Positions 1-10,808 of a stretch of DNA of 64,000 nt are shown piece after piece (the stretch's first letter is position 1; each line of letters opens with the position of its first letter). The DNA is from an uncultured bacterium (GTDB lineage: Bacteria; Muiribacteriota; UBA9980). A program made the translations under genes and the position numbers. The notes below the pieces were generated by a model. It did no database searches and had not been told where the DNA came from. It saw only the letters and a program-made list of their open reading frames with translations. The DNA lies in NCBI GenBank assembly GCA_964421195.1, contig CAYQWL010000003.1, forward strand, positions 74 to 64,073. The letters are read 5' to 3'.

Positions 1-18
1 ATATAAAATGAACTTTCG

Positions 19-1281
19 TTAAATAAAATTACGCGGGTCGGTAATTTTTCCGGTAATAGCCGAAGCCGCTACCATGGCCGGCGATCCTAAATAAACTCCC
101 GCCGAGGAAGAGCCCATTCTGCCTTTAAAATTTCTATTTGACGATGCGATCGCGTTTTCGCCGTCGGCAAGAAGGCCTTCGTGCGCGCCAAGGCACGGGC
201 CGCATCCGGGATTCATTACGAGCGCTCCAGCGCTTACCAGATCGGTAATATAGCCTTTTTCGAGCGCCTGTAAAAGAACGGCTCGTGAAGCGGGAAATAC
301 AAGTAATCTTACTGATTTTGCGACTTTTTTTCCTTTTAATATCGATGCCGCTATGGCGATATCGTCGAGCCTGCCGTTGGTGCAGGAGCCAAGCAACGCT
401 TGATGTACAACCGTTTCGGGCATATCGCTTATGTTTTTAACGTTATCTACATTATGCGGGCAGGCTACCTGAGGCTCGATCGCGGCCGCATCGATATCGA
501 GTGTTTGCTCGTATCGTGCGTCCGGGTCGGAATAAACTATTTTTGAAGAATCGTAAGACAGGCCGTTTAATTTAAAAAATTCTTCGCATACTCTGTCGAA
601 CGGTATTAATGCGCATTTTGCGCCCATTTCCATCGAAAGGTTCGCGAGCGTCATGCGTTCTGAAACGCTCATGCCTTCGATCGCTTTTCCATAAAATTCG
701 ACCGATTTATAGTTCGCGCCTTCAACTGTGAGCCGGCCTATTATATATAAAATAAGGTCTTTGGCGTAAACGCCTTTTCTGAATGAGCCGTTAACCGTTA
801 TTTTCAGGGTTTCGGGAACGCGCAGCCATATTTTGCCGGTAGCCCATATAGCGGCCATTTCAGTGGCGCCTATTCCCGTGGAAAGGCAGCTGACCGCGCC
901 GTAGGTTGTCGTGTGTGAATCCGTGCCGACAACGAGTTCACCGGGGCGCGCATGCCCTTTTTCGACCATTACCTGGTGGCATATGCCTTCTATTATATCG
1001 TAAAAATAAGTTATACCCTGTAATTTTACGAATTCACGGATTTCTTTGTGTATGTTCGCTGATTCAACGGATTCAGCTGGAGTTCTATGATCGAGAGGAA
1101 TTACGATTTTATCTTTAGCCCATACTTCTGGAAGTCCGAATTGCTTGAATTGCTTTATGACCAGACCGGCGTTATCATGCGACATGGCAAAATCCGGTTC
1201 CACGGTAACTATCTGACCGGGAACCACGTTTGTGAGTCCGGCCTTTCCGGCTAATATTTTTTCGGCCATTGTCATCCCCAT
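19..1281 (-). CDS. leuC: 3-isopropylmalate dehydratase / homoaconitase large subunit (aconitase family, ~420 aa archaeal-type LeuC)
   Basis: 420 aa ORF with aconitase-family catalytic motifs. Cys ligands appear in CPHNVDN, GSCTNGRLDD and NPGCGPCLGAHEG, and the substrate-binding motif GTDSHTTTYGA is present. The length fits the short LeuC type. Confidence 0.8.
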   Translation of the reverse strand: MGMTMAEKILAGKAGLTNVVPGQIVTVEPDFAMSHDNAGLVIKQFKQFGLPEVWAKDKIVIPLDHRTPAESVESANIHKEIREFVKLQGITYFYDIIEGICHQVMVEKGHARPGELVVGTDSHTTTYGAVSCLSTGIGATEMAAIWATGKIWLRVPETLKITVNGSFRKGVYAKDLILYIIGRLTVEGANYKSVEFYGKAIEGMSVSERMTLANLSMEMGAKCALIPFDRVCEEFFKLNGLSYDSSKIVYSDPDARYEQTLDIDAAAIEPQVACPHNVDNVKNISDMPETVVHQALLGSCTNGRLDDIAIAASILKGKKVAKSVRLLVFPASRAVLLQALEKGYITDLVSAGALVMNPGCGPCLGAHEGLLADGENAIASSNRNFKGRMGSSSAGVYLGSPAMVAASAITGKITDPRNFI

Positions 1282-1510
1282 ATTATTTCACCTCATTCAT
1301 ATTTTTATGTTAATTATTTCTGAAAAAGTGCAATTAAAAAGAAAACAATTAAAAATAAAAAAATTTACTGTTAATTATTTGTATCTGTATGAGTCCATTT
1401 AAAAAAAGTTAATTCTAAAAAATTCATAATATGTTTATAAAAATTTTCATGCTTAATTTTTAGTATTTTTTAATTTTTTATAGCGGGCTTATTTATTACT
1501 TGATGAAACA

Positions 1511-2056
1511 TTATTTATGGAACGGTTCAAAATTAGCGAAATCGGCGTGATTAATGATATATCCTTCAGCGGTTCGTCTTCCGAGATCGCCTTCTTTAGC
1601 GTGAACGGCTATCATATGAGCGATTTCTTCGGGCATATCAAATTTCGCGCAGAGCATTACTCCTGAAAATGGGTGCCGTAAAAGTTCGCCTGAACGGCTT
1701 TTTGCGTATCCGGCTTCGGTTTTTTTATATTCGAGAAGTTTTCCGATATCGTGTAAGAGCGCTCCGGCCGTTAAATAATTTTTATTTAACTTTATTCTTT
1801 CGCCATAAGTTGATGAGATAGCTTCGGCCATAGCTGCGGCCGTTTTAGTTACGCCCCTCGTATGTTCGAGAAAGCTGATGTTGCATTCTTTGATTAAGAG
1901 CGTGAATGGAATTTTATCCAGGTCATCGATTGTCCAGCCGCCGCGTTGAATCGCTTCCTGCCAGACCATAATCACTTTTTTGCGAAGAGTTTGATCGGTT
2001 ATCCAGTCAATTTCAGGTATTTTTTTTATAAGTTCAGCGTTTTCGAAAACAGCCAT
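1511..2056 (-). CDS. HD-domain (HDIG) metal-dependent phosphohydrolase
   Basis: 181 aa. Carries the LLHDIGK motif and His/Asp residues typical of the HD superfamily. Confidence 0.65.
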   Translation of the reverse strand: MAVFENAELIKKIPEIDWITDQTLRKKVIMVWQEAIQRGGWTIDDLDKIPFTLLIKECNISFLEHTRGVTKTAAAMAEAISSTYGERIKLNKNYLTAGALLHDIGKLLEYKKTEAGYAKSRSGELLRHPFSGVMLCAKFDMPEEIAHMIAVHAKEGDLGRRTAEGYIINHADFANFEPFHK

Positions 2057-2269
2057 ATATACATACCCCTTTCTTTGCTTCTTTTTTTATATATTCGGGA
2101 TTATACATTAATTACATTTTTTTGTCAACGATTTATGGTTGAATGTTATTCGAGTTATTTCGTAATATATTAATTTAACATATTTAACTTGAACAAATAA
2201 AAATCATGATGTATAATAAATTACATAACACGTTAAATAGTGAAAATTTTTGAATGAATCGAGATATAA

Positions 2270-3382
2270 ATGACTGATATGAGTATTATTAAAGAAAAAA
2301 AAATATTTTTTTTGATTTCACATCTGGCTGACGGCGGCGCCGAACGAGTGGCGGCAAACCTTTCAAAAATATTTCCTCAAAATATTCAAACGGTTTTTGT
2401 TTTATTTGAAAATAGTGTTGAATATAGCTATAACGGTAGAATTGTATCTTTCGATTTAAAGCCGGCCCGCGGTTTTTTTAATAAGATTATTAATATCATA
2501 AAAAGAGCCGTGAAATTAAAAAAACTTATTAATTCAGAAAAACCTGATGCCATAGTAAGTTTTATGGAAAGCGCTAATTTGATAAATATAATTTGTAATC
2601 CCCGCCGGGCGATCGTGAGCGTTCATATACATCCATCCACCAATTATAAAAATGATTTTTTCAGCCGTTCAATAATAAAATTATATAACGCCGCATTTAA
2701 GGTTATTTGCGTGTCTAACGGCATTAAAGAAGATCTCGCTTCTAATTATTTCGTAAATAAAAATAAAATCGAAGTGATTTATAATCCGATCGATGATGAT
2801 GAGATTAAGCATAAAATGTCTGAACCGCTCGAACCCGAATATGATAATATTTTTAAAAATAACGGTGTTATATTAACCTGCGGCCGGCTCAGCGCGCAAA
2901 AAGATCATGCTTCGCTTTTAAAGGCGTTTGCTCTGGCGCGCGGCCATATAAGCGATGCGCGTTTAATTTTACTGGGACGCGGTGAACTCGAAGAAGATTT
3001 AAAAAGATTAACGTTCGAATTAAATATTTCTGATAAAGTATTTTTTGCCGGATTTCAACGAAACCCCTTTAAATTTATCGCGCGCAGCCGATTATTCGTG
3101 TTATCGAGCATTTTCGAAGGACTCGGCAACACGCTTATAGAAGCTATGATATGCGGCGTTCCGGTTATCAGTTCTGATTGCCCGTGCGGACCGGCCGAAC
3201 TATTCAGCGGCACGCCGGTAAATAATCTTTTCGCTCCGCGCGATATTGGCGCAATGGCTTCAAAGATTATTTCTTTTTATAAAAGAAATAATGCGGACCT
3301 TTTTGAATTTTATAAAAAAAGACTCGAATCTTTATCTAAAGAAAAAATAGCGGCGGCATATCTTAAAGTTTGCGGATGCTAA
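2270..3382 (+). CDS. glycosyltransferase family 4 (GT-B, retaining)
   Basis: C-terminal EGLGNTLIEAMICGVPVISSD motif (E-x7-E GT4 signature). First gene of the glycan cluster. Confidence 0.8.
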   Translation: MTDMSIIKEKKIFFLISHLADGGAERVAANLSKIFPQNIQTVFVLFENSVEYSYNGRIVSFDLKPARGFFNKIINIIKRAVKLKKLINSEKPDAIVSFMESANLINIICNPRRAIVSVHIHPSTNYKNDFFSRSIIKLYNAAFKVICVSNGIKEDLASNYFVNKNKIEVIYNPIDDDEIKHKMSEPLEPEYDNIFKNNGVILTCGRLSAQKDHASLLKAFALARGHISDARLILLGRGELEEDLKRLTFELNISDKVFFAGFQRNPFKFIARSRLFVLSSIFEGLGNTLIEAMICGVPVISSDCPCGPAELFSGTPVNNLFAPRDIGAMASKIISFYKRNNADLFEFYKKRLESLSKEKIAAAYLKVCGC

Positions 3383-3438
3383 TATAAGCAGATTTATAAA
3401 AAATTTATAAATCGAAATACAGGAATGCGGAGAAAAAT

Positions 3439-4359
3439 ATGAACGACGGCAGTTTGAAACTTGAAGGCGGATTAAAATTGACGGGAAAAAGCCGTATTTA
3501 TCTGGAAAATTTTTGCCCGGCTCCAGGCGGCGGCGCAAAAAAACAACCTCCCCTGGTAAGTATTATAACGATAGTATATAACGGCGCGCGTTATTTAGAA
3601 AGTACTTTAGAAAGCGTTTTAACGCAAAATTATAAACGGCTTGAATATATAATAATCGACGGCGGTTCTACCGACGGCACGATCGATATAATAAAAAAAT
3701 ACGAAGATCGTATCGATTACTGGTTAAGCGAAAAAGACGGCGGTATAAGCGATGCTATGAACAAAGGAATAGCGCTCGCAACGGGAGAAATTATAGGCAT
3801 GATACACGCGGGCGACTGGTATGAACCCGGAGTTATAAGCGTTATCGCGGGAACGTATATGAAATATTCGCCCGATATTATATGCGGTTCGCTCAGGCTA
3901 TGGCAGGATGGAAAGCCTTACTATGAAAGCGATTCAGATACGGACGGGCTTGATTATGCAATGAGCGTCTGGCATCCGACCGTCTTTGTACGTTCTTCAG
4001 TGTACAAACAATATGGCGTTTTTAATCTAAAGTATAAAATCGCTATGGACTATGATATTATGCTGCGTTTTAAAAAATCAGGACGTCGATTTTTGAATAT
4101 GCCCGGTTTTTTTATATCAAATATGAGCCGCGGCGGAGTTTCCGAAACTTCCCGCGCGCACGGCCTCGCCGAAGAATATGAAATAAAATTGAAATACGGC
4201 GTAAACCGGTTGAAAGTTTTATATGACAGCATTGAAAAATATTTTTTGTGCTGTACTCTGCAGTCTATAAAACGGACGGTAATTAGCGCTGGAGGCGGCC
4301 CGATAATTGATTTATTAAAGAAAATAAGAAATAGATACGATAAAAGATTTATTAATTAA
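3439..4359 (+). CDS. glycosyltransferase family 2
   Basis: VSIITIVYNGARYLE...IIIDGGSTDGT is a GT-A N-terminal signature with a DxD-type motif. Confidence 0.8.
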   Translation: MNDGSLKLEGGLKLTGKSRIYLENFCPAPGGGAKKQPPLVSIITIVYNGARYLESTLESVLTQNYKRLEYIIIDGGSTDGTIDIIKKYEDRIDYWLSEKDGGISDAMNKGIALATGEIIGMIHAGDWYEPGVISVIAGTYMKYSPDIICGSLRLWQDGKPYYESDSDTDGLDYAMSVWHPTVFVRSSVYKQYGVFNLKYKIAMDYDIMLRFKKSGRRFLNMPGFFISNMSRGGVSETSRAHGLAEEYEIKLKYGVNRLKVLYDSIEKYFLCCTLQSIKRTVISAGGGPIIDLLKKIRNRYDKRFIN

Positions 4360-4430
4360 TAAAATTTTAATTTATTACCGGGCTTTTTTTGAGCCTTTAT
4401 TAAAGATAAAGTGGAGCGAAATGTAATTAT

Positions 4431-6410
4431 ATGTGCAGGATCAACGGTTTCTGGGATTTTCATGAAAATTTACGTTACGACGAAAAAAAAGTCAATGAAT
4501 CGATGCGCGATACCATGATTTATGGCGGCCCGGACGATTCGGGAGCGTTTTATGCCGCAAATGCGCCCGGACGCCTTGCGTTCGCACACCGGCGTCTTTC
4601 CATTATCGATCTTTCTTCGTCGGGCCGCCAGCCGATGATGGCGAACGATTATACCATCGTTTTCAACGGGGAAATTTATAATTATGCTGAAATTAAAGCG
4701 GAGCTTTTAAAAAAAGGCCATACCTTTATTTCTTCGAGCGATACGGAGGTGATTCTTAAATCTTTTATTGAATGGGGCCGAAAAGCGGTCGATAAATTCA
4801 GAGGTATGTGGGCTTTTGCTCTATGGGACGCTAAAAATAAAATTTTAACGCTTTCGCGAGACCGCGTGGGAGTTAAACCGCTGTACTGGTATTATAAAGA
4901 CGGTTTATTTATGTTTTCCTCTGAATTAAAGGCTTTTCATGCGCATCCGGCATTCGATAAAAAAATTGATGAAACATCGCTCGCTCTTTACCTTCAGTAC
5001 GGTTATATAACCGCGCCGCGCACTATATTTCAAAATACTCATAAACTCGAACCCGGAAGTTTTTTAACCATAAATTCGATCCGTGATATTTCCATATTTA
5101 AGTACTGGAGCGTCGAAGAACATTTTCTTCGGGGCGCGCAAACTGAAACGGAATTCCTGACATCCGGCGGAGAAAAAATGGACGAAGAAGCGGCGGCCGA
5201 TGAACTGGAAGCGCTTTTGCTTGAAAGTTTTAATTTAAGAATGGTTTCCGACGTACCCGTCGGAATGTTTTTAAGCGGCGGCGTAGATTCTTCTTTATTG
5301 ACGGCGCTTCTATCAAAAAATCGCTCCGGAGGCCGGACCCTTAAAACTTTTACAATCGGTTTTCGTGAAAAAGAATATGACGAGGCGGCGGACGCGAAAA
5401 AAGTGGCTTCGTTTCTCGGAACCACGCATACCGAAGCTTATTGCGGCCCGCGTGAGGCTTTTGACGTTATAGAAAAATTGCCCGGTATATACGACGAGCC
5501 GCTTGGCGATGTTTCAACGGTTCCGACTTATCTCGTTTCGAAACTCGCGCGCGGCGAAGTAAAAGTATCTCTTTCGGCCGACGGCGGCGATGAACTGTTT
5601 TTTGGATACGGCCGTTACACGATGATGCTCGAACGGATATGCCGCTTCGATTCAAATCCTTTTTTATCGCTTGCGGCAGGCGCGCTTAATTATATAAGCC
5701 CCGGCGCCGCTTATTCCATTTATAAAAATATATTATCGCCGTTTTTGCCGCGCTGGAATAATTTTTATGATAAATTCATTAAGCTGAAAAAAGTATTGAA
5801 TACCCGTGATAAAATAACCCAATATGATATTTCAAATAAGTATTTTATGGATGATTCTCTTCGCGATTTCGGCTATGACGCTTCATCCTGCGCGGCCGGG
5901 CAGCTTTTTAAATACGACCGCGCGCTCGATAAATTAAATATCGCCGCGCGTATGTCATGTTTTGATATAAAAACTTATTTACCCGACGATATTCTCGTTA
6001 AAATCGACCGTGCGGCGATGAGCGTGGCGCTTGAAGGACGCGACCCGTTTCTCGATCATAAAATTATAGAATATGCCGCTCGTCTGCCTTTTTGCCTGAA
6101 ATATAAAAACGGCGTTCAAAAATATATACTTAAAAAAATTCTTTACAGGCATGTTCCGCGCGAATTAATAGACAGGCCGAAGCAGGGATTCGGCATGCCG
6201 GTTTATGAATGGTTCCGCGGCGAATTGCAATCCTGTTATAAAGAGCGCCTCGCTTTTGATAAAATTAAACGTGAGGGAGTTTTCGACGCCGCGGCGGTGA
6301 CACGCCTGCTTGACGATTATTTAAACGGCAGGGGCGTCAATGCTCATAAACTCTGGTTTTTATTCGTGTTTGAATTATGGTATGAAAAGTATATGAATTT
6401 TAAAAATTAA
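4431..6410 (+). CDS. asnB: asparagine synthetase (glutamine-hydrolysing) family amidotransferase
   Basis: N-terminal Met-Cys nucleophile (MCRINGF). A class-II GATase domain is followed by the synthetase domain with SGGVDSS (PP-loop). Length is 659 aa. Confidence 0.85.
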   Translation: MCRINGFWDFHENLRYDEKKVNESMRDTMIYGGPDDSGAFYAANAPGRLAFAHRRLSIIDLSSSGRQPMMANDYTIVFNGEIYNYAEIKAELLKKGHTFISSSDTEVILKSFIEWGRKAVDKFRGMWAFALWDAKNKILTLSRDRVGVKPLYWYYKDGLFMFSSELKAFHAHPAFDKKIDETSLALYLQYGYITAPRTIFQNTHKLEPGSFLTINSIRDISIFKYWSVEEHFLRGAQTETEFLTSGGEKMDEEAAADELEALLLESFNLRMVSDVPVGMFLSGGVDSSLLTALLSKNRSGGRTLKTFTIGFREKEYDEAADAKKVASFLGTTHTEAYCGPREAFDVIEKLPGIYDEPLGDVSTVPTYLVSKLARGEVKVSLSADGGDELFFGYGRYTMMLERICRFDSNPFLSLAAGALNYISPGAAYSIYKNILSPFLPRWNNFYDKFIKLKKVLNTRDKITQYDISNKYFMDDSLRDFGYDASSCAAGQLFKYDRALDKLNIAARMSCFDIKTYLPDDILVKIDRAAMSVALEGRDPFLDHKIIEYAARLPFCLKYKNGVQKYILKKILYRHVPRELIDRPKQGFGMPVYEWFRGELQSCYKERLAFDKIKREGVFDAAAVTRLLDDYLNGRGVNAHKLWFLFVFELWYEKYMNFKN

Positions 6411-6512
6411 GGATAAAAAGCGCAAAATGAACGTTAAACATGAAAACCTTATAACGGCTATTACATTCGCGTTTTTGCGCGCTCATATCCGATAACCCGG
6501 AGTAAAATTATC

Positions 6513-6542
6513 TTGACTAACAGGTCGTAACTGGATTATAAT
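6513..6542 (+). promoter_or_regulatory. candidate sigma70-type promoter upstream of wzm (TTGACT - 18 nt - TATAAT)
   Basis: TTGACT at 6513-6518 and TATAAT at 6537-6542, in the 167-nt AT-rich gap between asnB and wzm. Confidence 0.4.
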
Positions 6543-6577
6543 GGAATGTTATTATTAATTAACATTATACAATAAAC

Positions 6578-7459
6578 ATGTATGTGATATATGCGATGAA
6601 AGGCGATACGGAAGTGTCCGATGCGAGTGAAAGTAAATATAGTCTTCATATCAGTCCTGGCAAGGCCGGCATAAATTATTATAAAGATTTATGGCGCTAC
6701 AGAGAGCTTTTTTTATTTCTTGCCTGGCGCGACGTTCTGGTCCGATATAAACAGACCGTTATAGGCGTTTTATGGAGCGTACTGCGTCCGCTTATAACCA
6801 TGATTATTTTTACTATCGTATTCAGCCGGCTCGCTAATTTGCCTTCTAACGGCGCGCCTTATGGAGTCATGGTTTTCGCGGGGGTTTTACCCTGGCAGTT
6901 TTTTTCGAACTCGCTTGCCGATACCGGCAACAGTCTTGTGGCTAACGCGCACCTGGTATCTAAAGTTTATTTTCCGCGCATTATAATACCGGCTTCCTCG
7001 GTTATCGTGGGTTTTATCGATTTTTTAATCGCATTTATCATCATGCTGGTTTTAATGATATTCTGGTATTCGTTTATTCCGCCCGTATCTATTTTTTTTA
7101 TATTGCCGTTTCTCGTGCCGGCTTTTTTATCTTCTCTCGGACTCGGATTTCTTGTTTCGGCCCTTACCGTTAAATATCGTGATTTTCGTTATATAGTTCC
7201 TTTTATAGTTCAATTCGGCCTTTATATTTCGCCGGTCGGTTTTATGAGTTCGATAGTGCCTGAAAAGTGGCGTTTATTATATTCTTTAAATCCGATAGTC
7301 GGCGTTATAGACGGGTTTCGCTGGGCGATACTCGGCGGCGGTTCTCAACCTTTATGGTGGCCGGGCGTAGCGGTTTCAACCGCGGTCTCGATTATATTAT
7401 TCATGATAGGTTTCGGTTATTTTCGAAATACCGAAAAGGCTTTTGCTGATGTTATTTAA
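6578..7459 (+). CDS. wzm: ABC-2 type polysaccharide exporter permease (Wzm/TagG/KpsM-like)
   Basis: About 6 TM helices and the conserved N-terminal YKDLWRYRELFLFLAWRDVLVRYKQTVIGVLWSVLRPL motif of ABC-2 permeases. The true start may be the internal Met at 6596. Confidence 0.8.
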   Translation: MYVIYAMKGDTEVSDASESKYSLHISPGKAGINYYKDLWRYRELFLFLAWRDVLVRYKQTVIGVLWSVLRPLITMIIFTIVFSRLANLPSNGAPYGVMVFAGVLPWQFFSNSLADTGNSLVANAHLVSKVYFPRIIIPASSVIVGFIDFLIAFIIMLVLMIFWYSFIPPVSIFFILPFLVPAFLSSLGLGFLVSALTVKYRDFRYIVPFIVQFGLYISPVGFMSSIVPEKWRLLYSLNPIVGVIDGFRWAILGGGSQPLWWPGVAVSTAVSIILFMIGFGYFRNTEKAFADVI

Positions 7460-7576
7460 TACAATTATTTTCGGAACATAACAAAGAAAATTATTTATTT
7501 ACATGATTATTTATTCATATAATTAATTATTGTGTTATGCAGCTAAAAAAAGATGATGATAAAGTGAGCTTTATTT

Positions 7577-8890
7577 ATGCCTGATTATGCTATTAAAATA
7601 GATAACCTCGGTAAAAAATATATAATAGGCCATCAAAATCAGGCCGGTTATAAAACATTCCGCGACGCTTTAGTCGAAAAAGTTAAAGCCGCCGCTAATT
7701 TATTGCGGCATCCGTTTTCAGACGGCGCAAATTTTTCTTCTTCTGATTATGAAGAATTCTGGGCGATTCGCGATATCTGTTTAGAAATTAAGGCAGGCGA
7801 GCGCGTAGGGATTATCGGCCGCAATGGCGCCGGTAAATCGACGCTTCTTAAAATTTTAAGTCGCATAACCGACCCTTCCGCCGGCGACATCCGGATAAAC
7901 GGTCGTGTGGCAAGCCTTCTCGAAGTCGGAACCGGGTTTCATCCGGAATTGACCGGACGCGAAAATATTTATTTAAACGGCGCCATTCTCGGCATGGGCC
8001 GCGAAGAGATAAAACGGAAATTCGATGAGATAGTCTCGTTTTCCGAAGTGGAAAAGTTTCTCGATACGCCTGTCAAGCGCTATTCATCAGGCATGTATGT
8101 ACGGCTTGCCTTTGCCGTAGCCGCTCATCTCGAACCTGAAATACTTATCGTCGATGAAGTGCTCGCCGTAGGCGACGCCGCGTTTCAAAAAAAATGCCTC
8201 GGAAAGATGGAAGATGTCGGCAAATCAGGCCGTACCGTGCTTTTTGTAAGCCATAATATGGGAGCTATAATGAGGCTTTGTGAAAAAGCGGCGCTTATGG
8301 ATAACGGCCGACTATTAAAATATGCTATGGCCGAAGATACCGTAGCCGATTATTTAAAATCAGGCGTCGGCAGCCCGGCGCTGCGTGAATGGGAAGAAAA
8401 TGAAGCGCCCGGAAATGAAATTGCGTCTCTTTTAAGCGTGGCGGTAATAGACGAATCGAATGAAATTAAAAGCTCGGCGGCTATTAATAAAAAGATAATT
8501 ATACGTATGAAATTTTTAGTTAAACTGTCAGGCTATGTGTTGACGCCGAATTTTCATTTTTATAACGGCGAAGGCGTCTGCGCTTTTGTGGTTTCTGAAG
8601 TGAAAGGCGAATGGAAACGTAAAGCGCGGCCGGCCGGATATTATATTACGGAAGTTGAAGTTCCGCCAAATTTTTTAAGTGAAGGTACATATTTAGTCGG
8701 CGCGGCCCTGAGCACCATGTCGCCTCTTAACGTTCATTTTTTTGAAAGAGATGCGGTTTCGTTTCAGGTCGCGGACAACGATTCCGGCGAAACCGCGCGC
8801 GGCGATTATTCCGGGCCGATTCCGGGAGTTTTAAGACCGATTTTAAACTGGAAAACAATATTTGAAGATAAATATAAACCGGCGGTTTAA
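7577..8890 (+). CDS. wzt: polysaccharide ABC transporter ATP-binding protein with C-terminal glycan-binding extension (Wzt-like)
   Basis: Walker A GRNGAGKST and an ABC signature. About 190 aa of C-terminal extension lie beyond the NBD, as in Wzt proteins that recognise a terminally modified glycan. Confidence 0.85.
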   Translation: MPDYAIKIDNLGKKYIIGHQNQAGYKTFRDALVEKVKAAANLLRHPFSDGANFSSSDYEEFWAIRDICLEIKAGERVGIIGRNGAGKSTLLKILSRITDPSAGDIRINGRVASLLEVGTGFHPELTGRENIYLNGAILGMGREEIKRKFDEIVSFSEVEKFLDTPVKRYSSGMYVRLAFAVAAHLEPEILIVDEVLAVGDAAFQKKCLGKMEDVGKSGRTVLFVSHNMGAIMRLCEKAALMDNGRLLKYAMAEDTVADYLKSGVGSPALREWEENEAPGNEIASLLSVAVIDESNEIKSSAAINKKIIIRMKFLVKLSGYVLTPNFHFYNGEGVCAFVVSEVKGEWKRKARPAGYYITEVEVPPNFLSEGTYLVGAALSTMSPLNVHFFERDAVSFQVADNDSGETARGDYSGPIPGVLRPILNWKTIFEDKYKPAV

Positions 8891-8913
8891 TTCGTATAAT
8901 TTCGATCGAAAGG

Positions 8914-9699
8914 ATGTCGATAATGAAAGTTGTTATTTTTTGCGGCGGCATAGGAACGCGCCTTAAAGAAGAAACTGAATTCAAGCCTAAACCGATGGTT
9001 AAAATAGGGGATAAACCTATTTTATGGCATATCATGAAGATATTTTCTTATTACGGGTTTGAAGATTTCGTGCTCTGCCTTGGCTATAAAGGCGAAATGA
9101 TACGCGAGTATTTTTATAATTATGAACTTTTTAACAGCGACGTTACTGTCGAGCTCGGAAAGAAAGATAAAATAGCCATACATAAAGGCCATGCCGAAGC
9201 CGGATGGCGCATAACCATGGTGGATACCGGCGAAAAAACTCTGAAAGGCGGACGTTTAAAACAGGTCGAAAACTATATAGATGGTGAAAATTTTTTTCTT
9301 ACCTATGGCGACGGTTTAGCTAATGTTAATATTTCTGAGTTGTTTAAATTTCATCAGGAACATGGAAAATTGGCTACGGTTACCGGCATCAGTCCCGCAT
9401 CGCGTTTCGGCGAGCTTGTCGTTGACGGCCTGAAAGTAACCGCGTTTAATGAAAAACCCGAAAAAAGTTCCGGGCTTATAAACGGCGGTTACATGGTTTT
9501 AAATAAAGGCATTTTTAATTATATAACAGCGGATGAAAATTGTGATTTCGAGATCGGGGCGATGGAAAATATAGCTCATAAAGGCGAATTGATGGTTTAT
9601 AAGCATGAAAAATCATGGGCGTGTATGGATAATATTCGCGACATGGATTATTTAAATAAATTATGGTCGGAAAGCAAAGCTTTCTGGAAGATATGGTAA
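8914..9699 (+). CDS. rfbF: glucose-1-phosphate cytidylyltransferase
   Basis: N-terminus MKVVIFCGGIGTRLKEETEFKPKPMVKIGDKPILWHIMK is nearly the canonical RfbF/DdhA signature. Length 261 aa. Confidence 0.85.
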   Translation: MSIMKVVIFCGGIGTRLKEETEFKPKPMVKIGDKPILWHIMKIFSYYGFEDFVLCLGYKGEMIREYFYNYELFNSDVTVELGKKDKIAIHKGHAEAGWRITMVDTGEKTLKGGRLKQVENYIDGENFFLTYGDGLANVNISELFKFHQEHGKLATVTGISPASRFGELVVDGLKVTAFNEKPEKSSGLINGGYMVLNKGIFNYITADENCDFEIGAMENIAHKGELMVYKHEKSWACMDNIRDMDYLNKLWSESKAFWKIW

Positions 9700-9703
9700 T
9701 AAA

Positions 9704-10795
9704 ATGAATCTTGATTTGAACATATATAAATCTAAAAAAATTTTTGTGACCGGCGATAGCGGATTTAAAGGATCATGGCTTTCAATATGGCTTTTAATGC
9801 TCGGCGCGGAGATCACGGGTTATTCGCTTGAACCGCGTACGGCCGGAGATAATTATTGCATTTGCGGCCTTAAAGATAAATATCACAGGATAAACGCGGA
9901 TGTAAGGGATTACGACAGGTTGAGCAATGAGATTAATAAATTTAAACCTGACTTTATTTTTCATCTCGCAGCGCAGCCTCTCGTACTGGATTCTTATCAA
10001 ATCCCAAGAGAAACATTCGATATTAATGTTATTGGAACGCTTAACGTTCTTGAAGCCGCCAGAAAAACGGATTCGGTGAGAACGGTCATTGTCGTTACCA
10101 GCGATAAATGTTATGATAATAAAGAAACTATATACGCCTATCGTGAAATAGACGCGCTCGGAGGAAAAGATCCTTATAGCGCATCGAAAGGGGCCGCGGA
10201 AATAATAACGGCCTCTTACGCCGCTTCATTTTTTTCGGGTCCGGATACCGCCGCCGTCGCCTCCGTTCGCGCGGGTAATGTTTTCGGCGGGGGCGATTGG
10301 GCGCCAAATAGAATATTTCCTGATTGTATAAGATCGATTTCAGAAGACCGCGAGATTCAGGTCAGAAATCCCGGAGCGGTTCGCCCATGGCAGCATGTTC
10401 TGGAACCGCTCGCGGGCTACCTTGATTTAGGTTCCGCTTTATATAATAATAAATTAAAATATACAGGCGCATGGAATTTCGGCCCTTATTACGATAATAT
10501 CAAACAGGTCGGAGTTCTCGTAAAATATATCATAGAAGCGGCGGGACGAGGCAGCGCGGCGTATTCTGCGCAATTATCTTCACGGTCTGAAGCCGGATTG
10601 CTCTATCTCGATATAGCTAAATCAATAAATTATCTTGGATGGCGGCCCGTTTTCGATTTAAAACAGGCGGTCGCGCTCGCCGTCGAAGAGTATTATGGCG
10701 CCGCGGCATGCGGGACGCCCGAAGAAACTTTTTCACAACGCGTCGAACATATTAAAAAATACATAGAAAACAGGGCAATTAAAAAAATAGAATAA
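9704..10795 (+). CDS. rfbG: CDP-glucose 4,6-dehydratase
   Basis: Extended SDR with VTGDSGFKGSW Rossmann motif and YSASK catalytic dyad. Lies immediately after rfbF. Confidence 0.8.
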   Translation: MNLDLNIYKSKKIFVTGDSGFKGSWLSIWLLMLGAEITGYSLEPRTAGDNYCICGLKDKYHRINADVRDYDRLSNEINKFKPDFIFHLAAQPLVLDSYQIPRETFDINVIGTLNVLEAARKTDSVRTVIVVTSDKCYDNKETIYAYREIDALGGKDPYSASKGAAEIITASYAASFFSGPDTAAVASVRAGNVFGGGDWAPNRIFPDCIRSISEDREIQVRNPGAVRPWQHVLEPLAGYLDLGSALYNNKLKYTGAWNFGPYYDNIKQVGVLVKYIIEAAGRGSAAYSAQLSSRSEAGLLYLDIAKSINYLGWRPVFDLKQAVALAVEEYYGAAACGTPEETFSQRVEHIKKYIENRAIKKIE

Positions 10796-10808
10796 TTGGA
10801 GTCATAAT

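Noticed and set aside
906-1118. Small ORFs nested in leuC and other overlapping small ORFs (e.g. 5039-5425, 14235-14639, 28414-28815, 36728-37111, 41711-42001, 44807-45169)
   Set aside because: All lie inside, in alternative frames to, or antisense to longer ORFs with strong family signatures. None has an independent motif or RBS.
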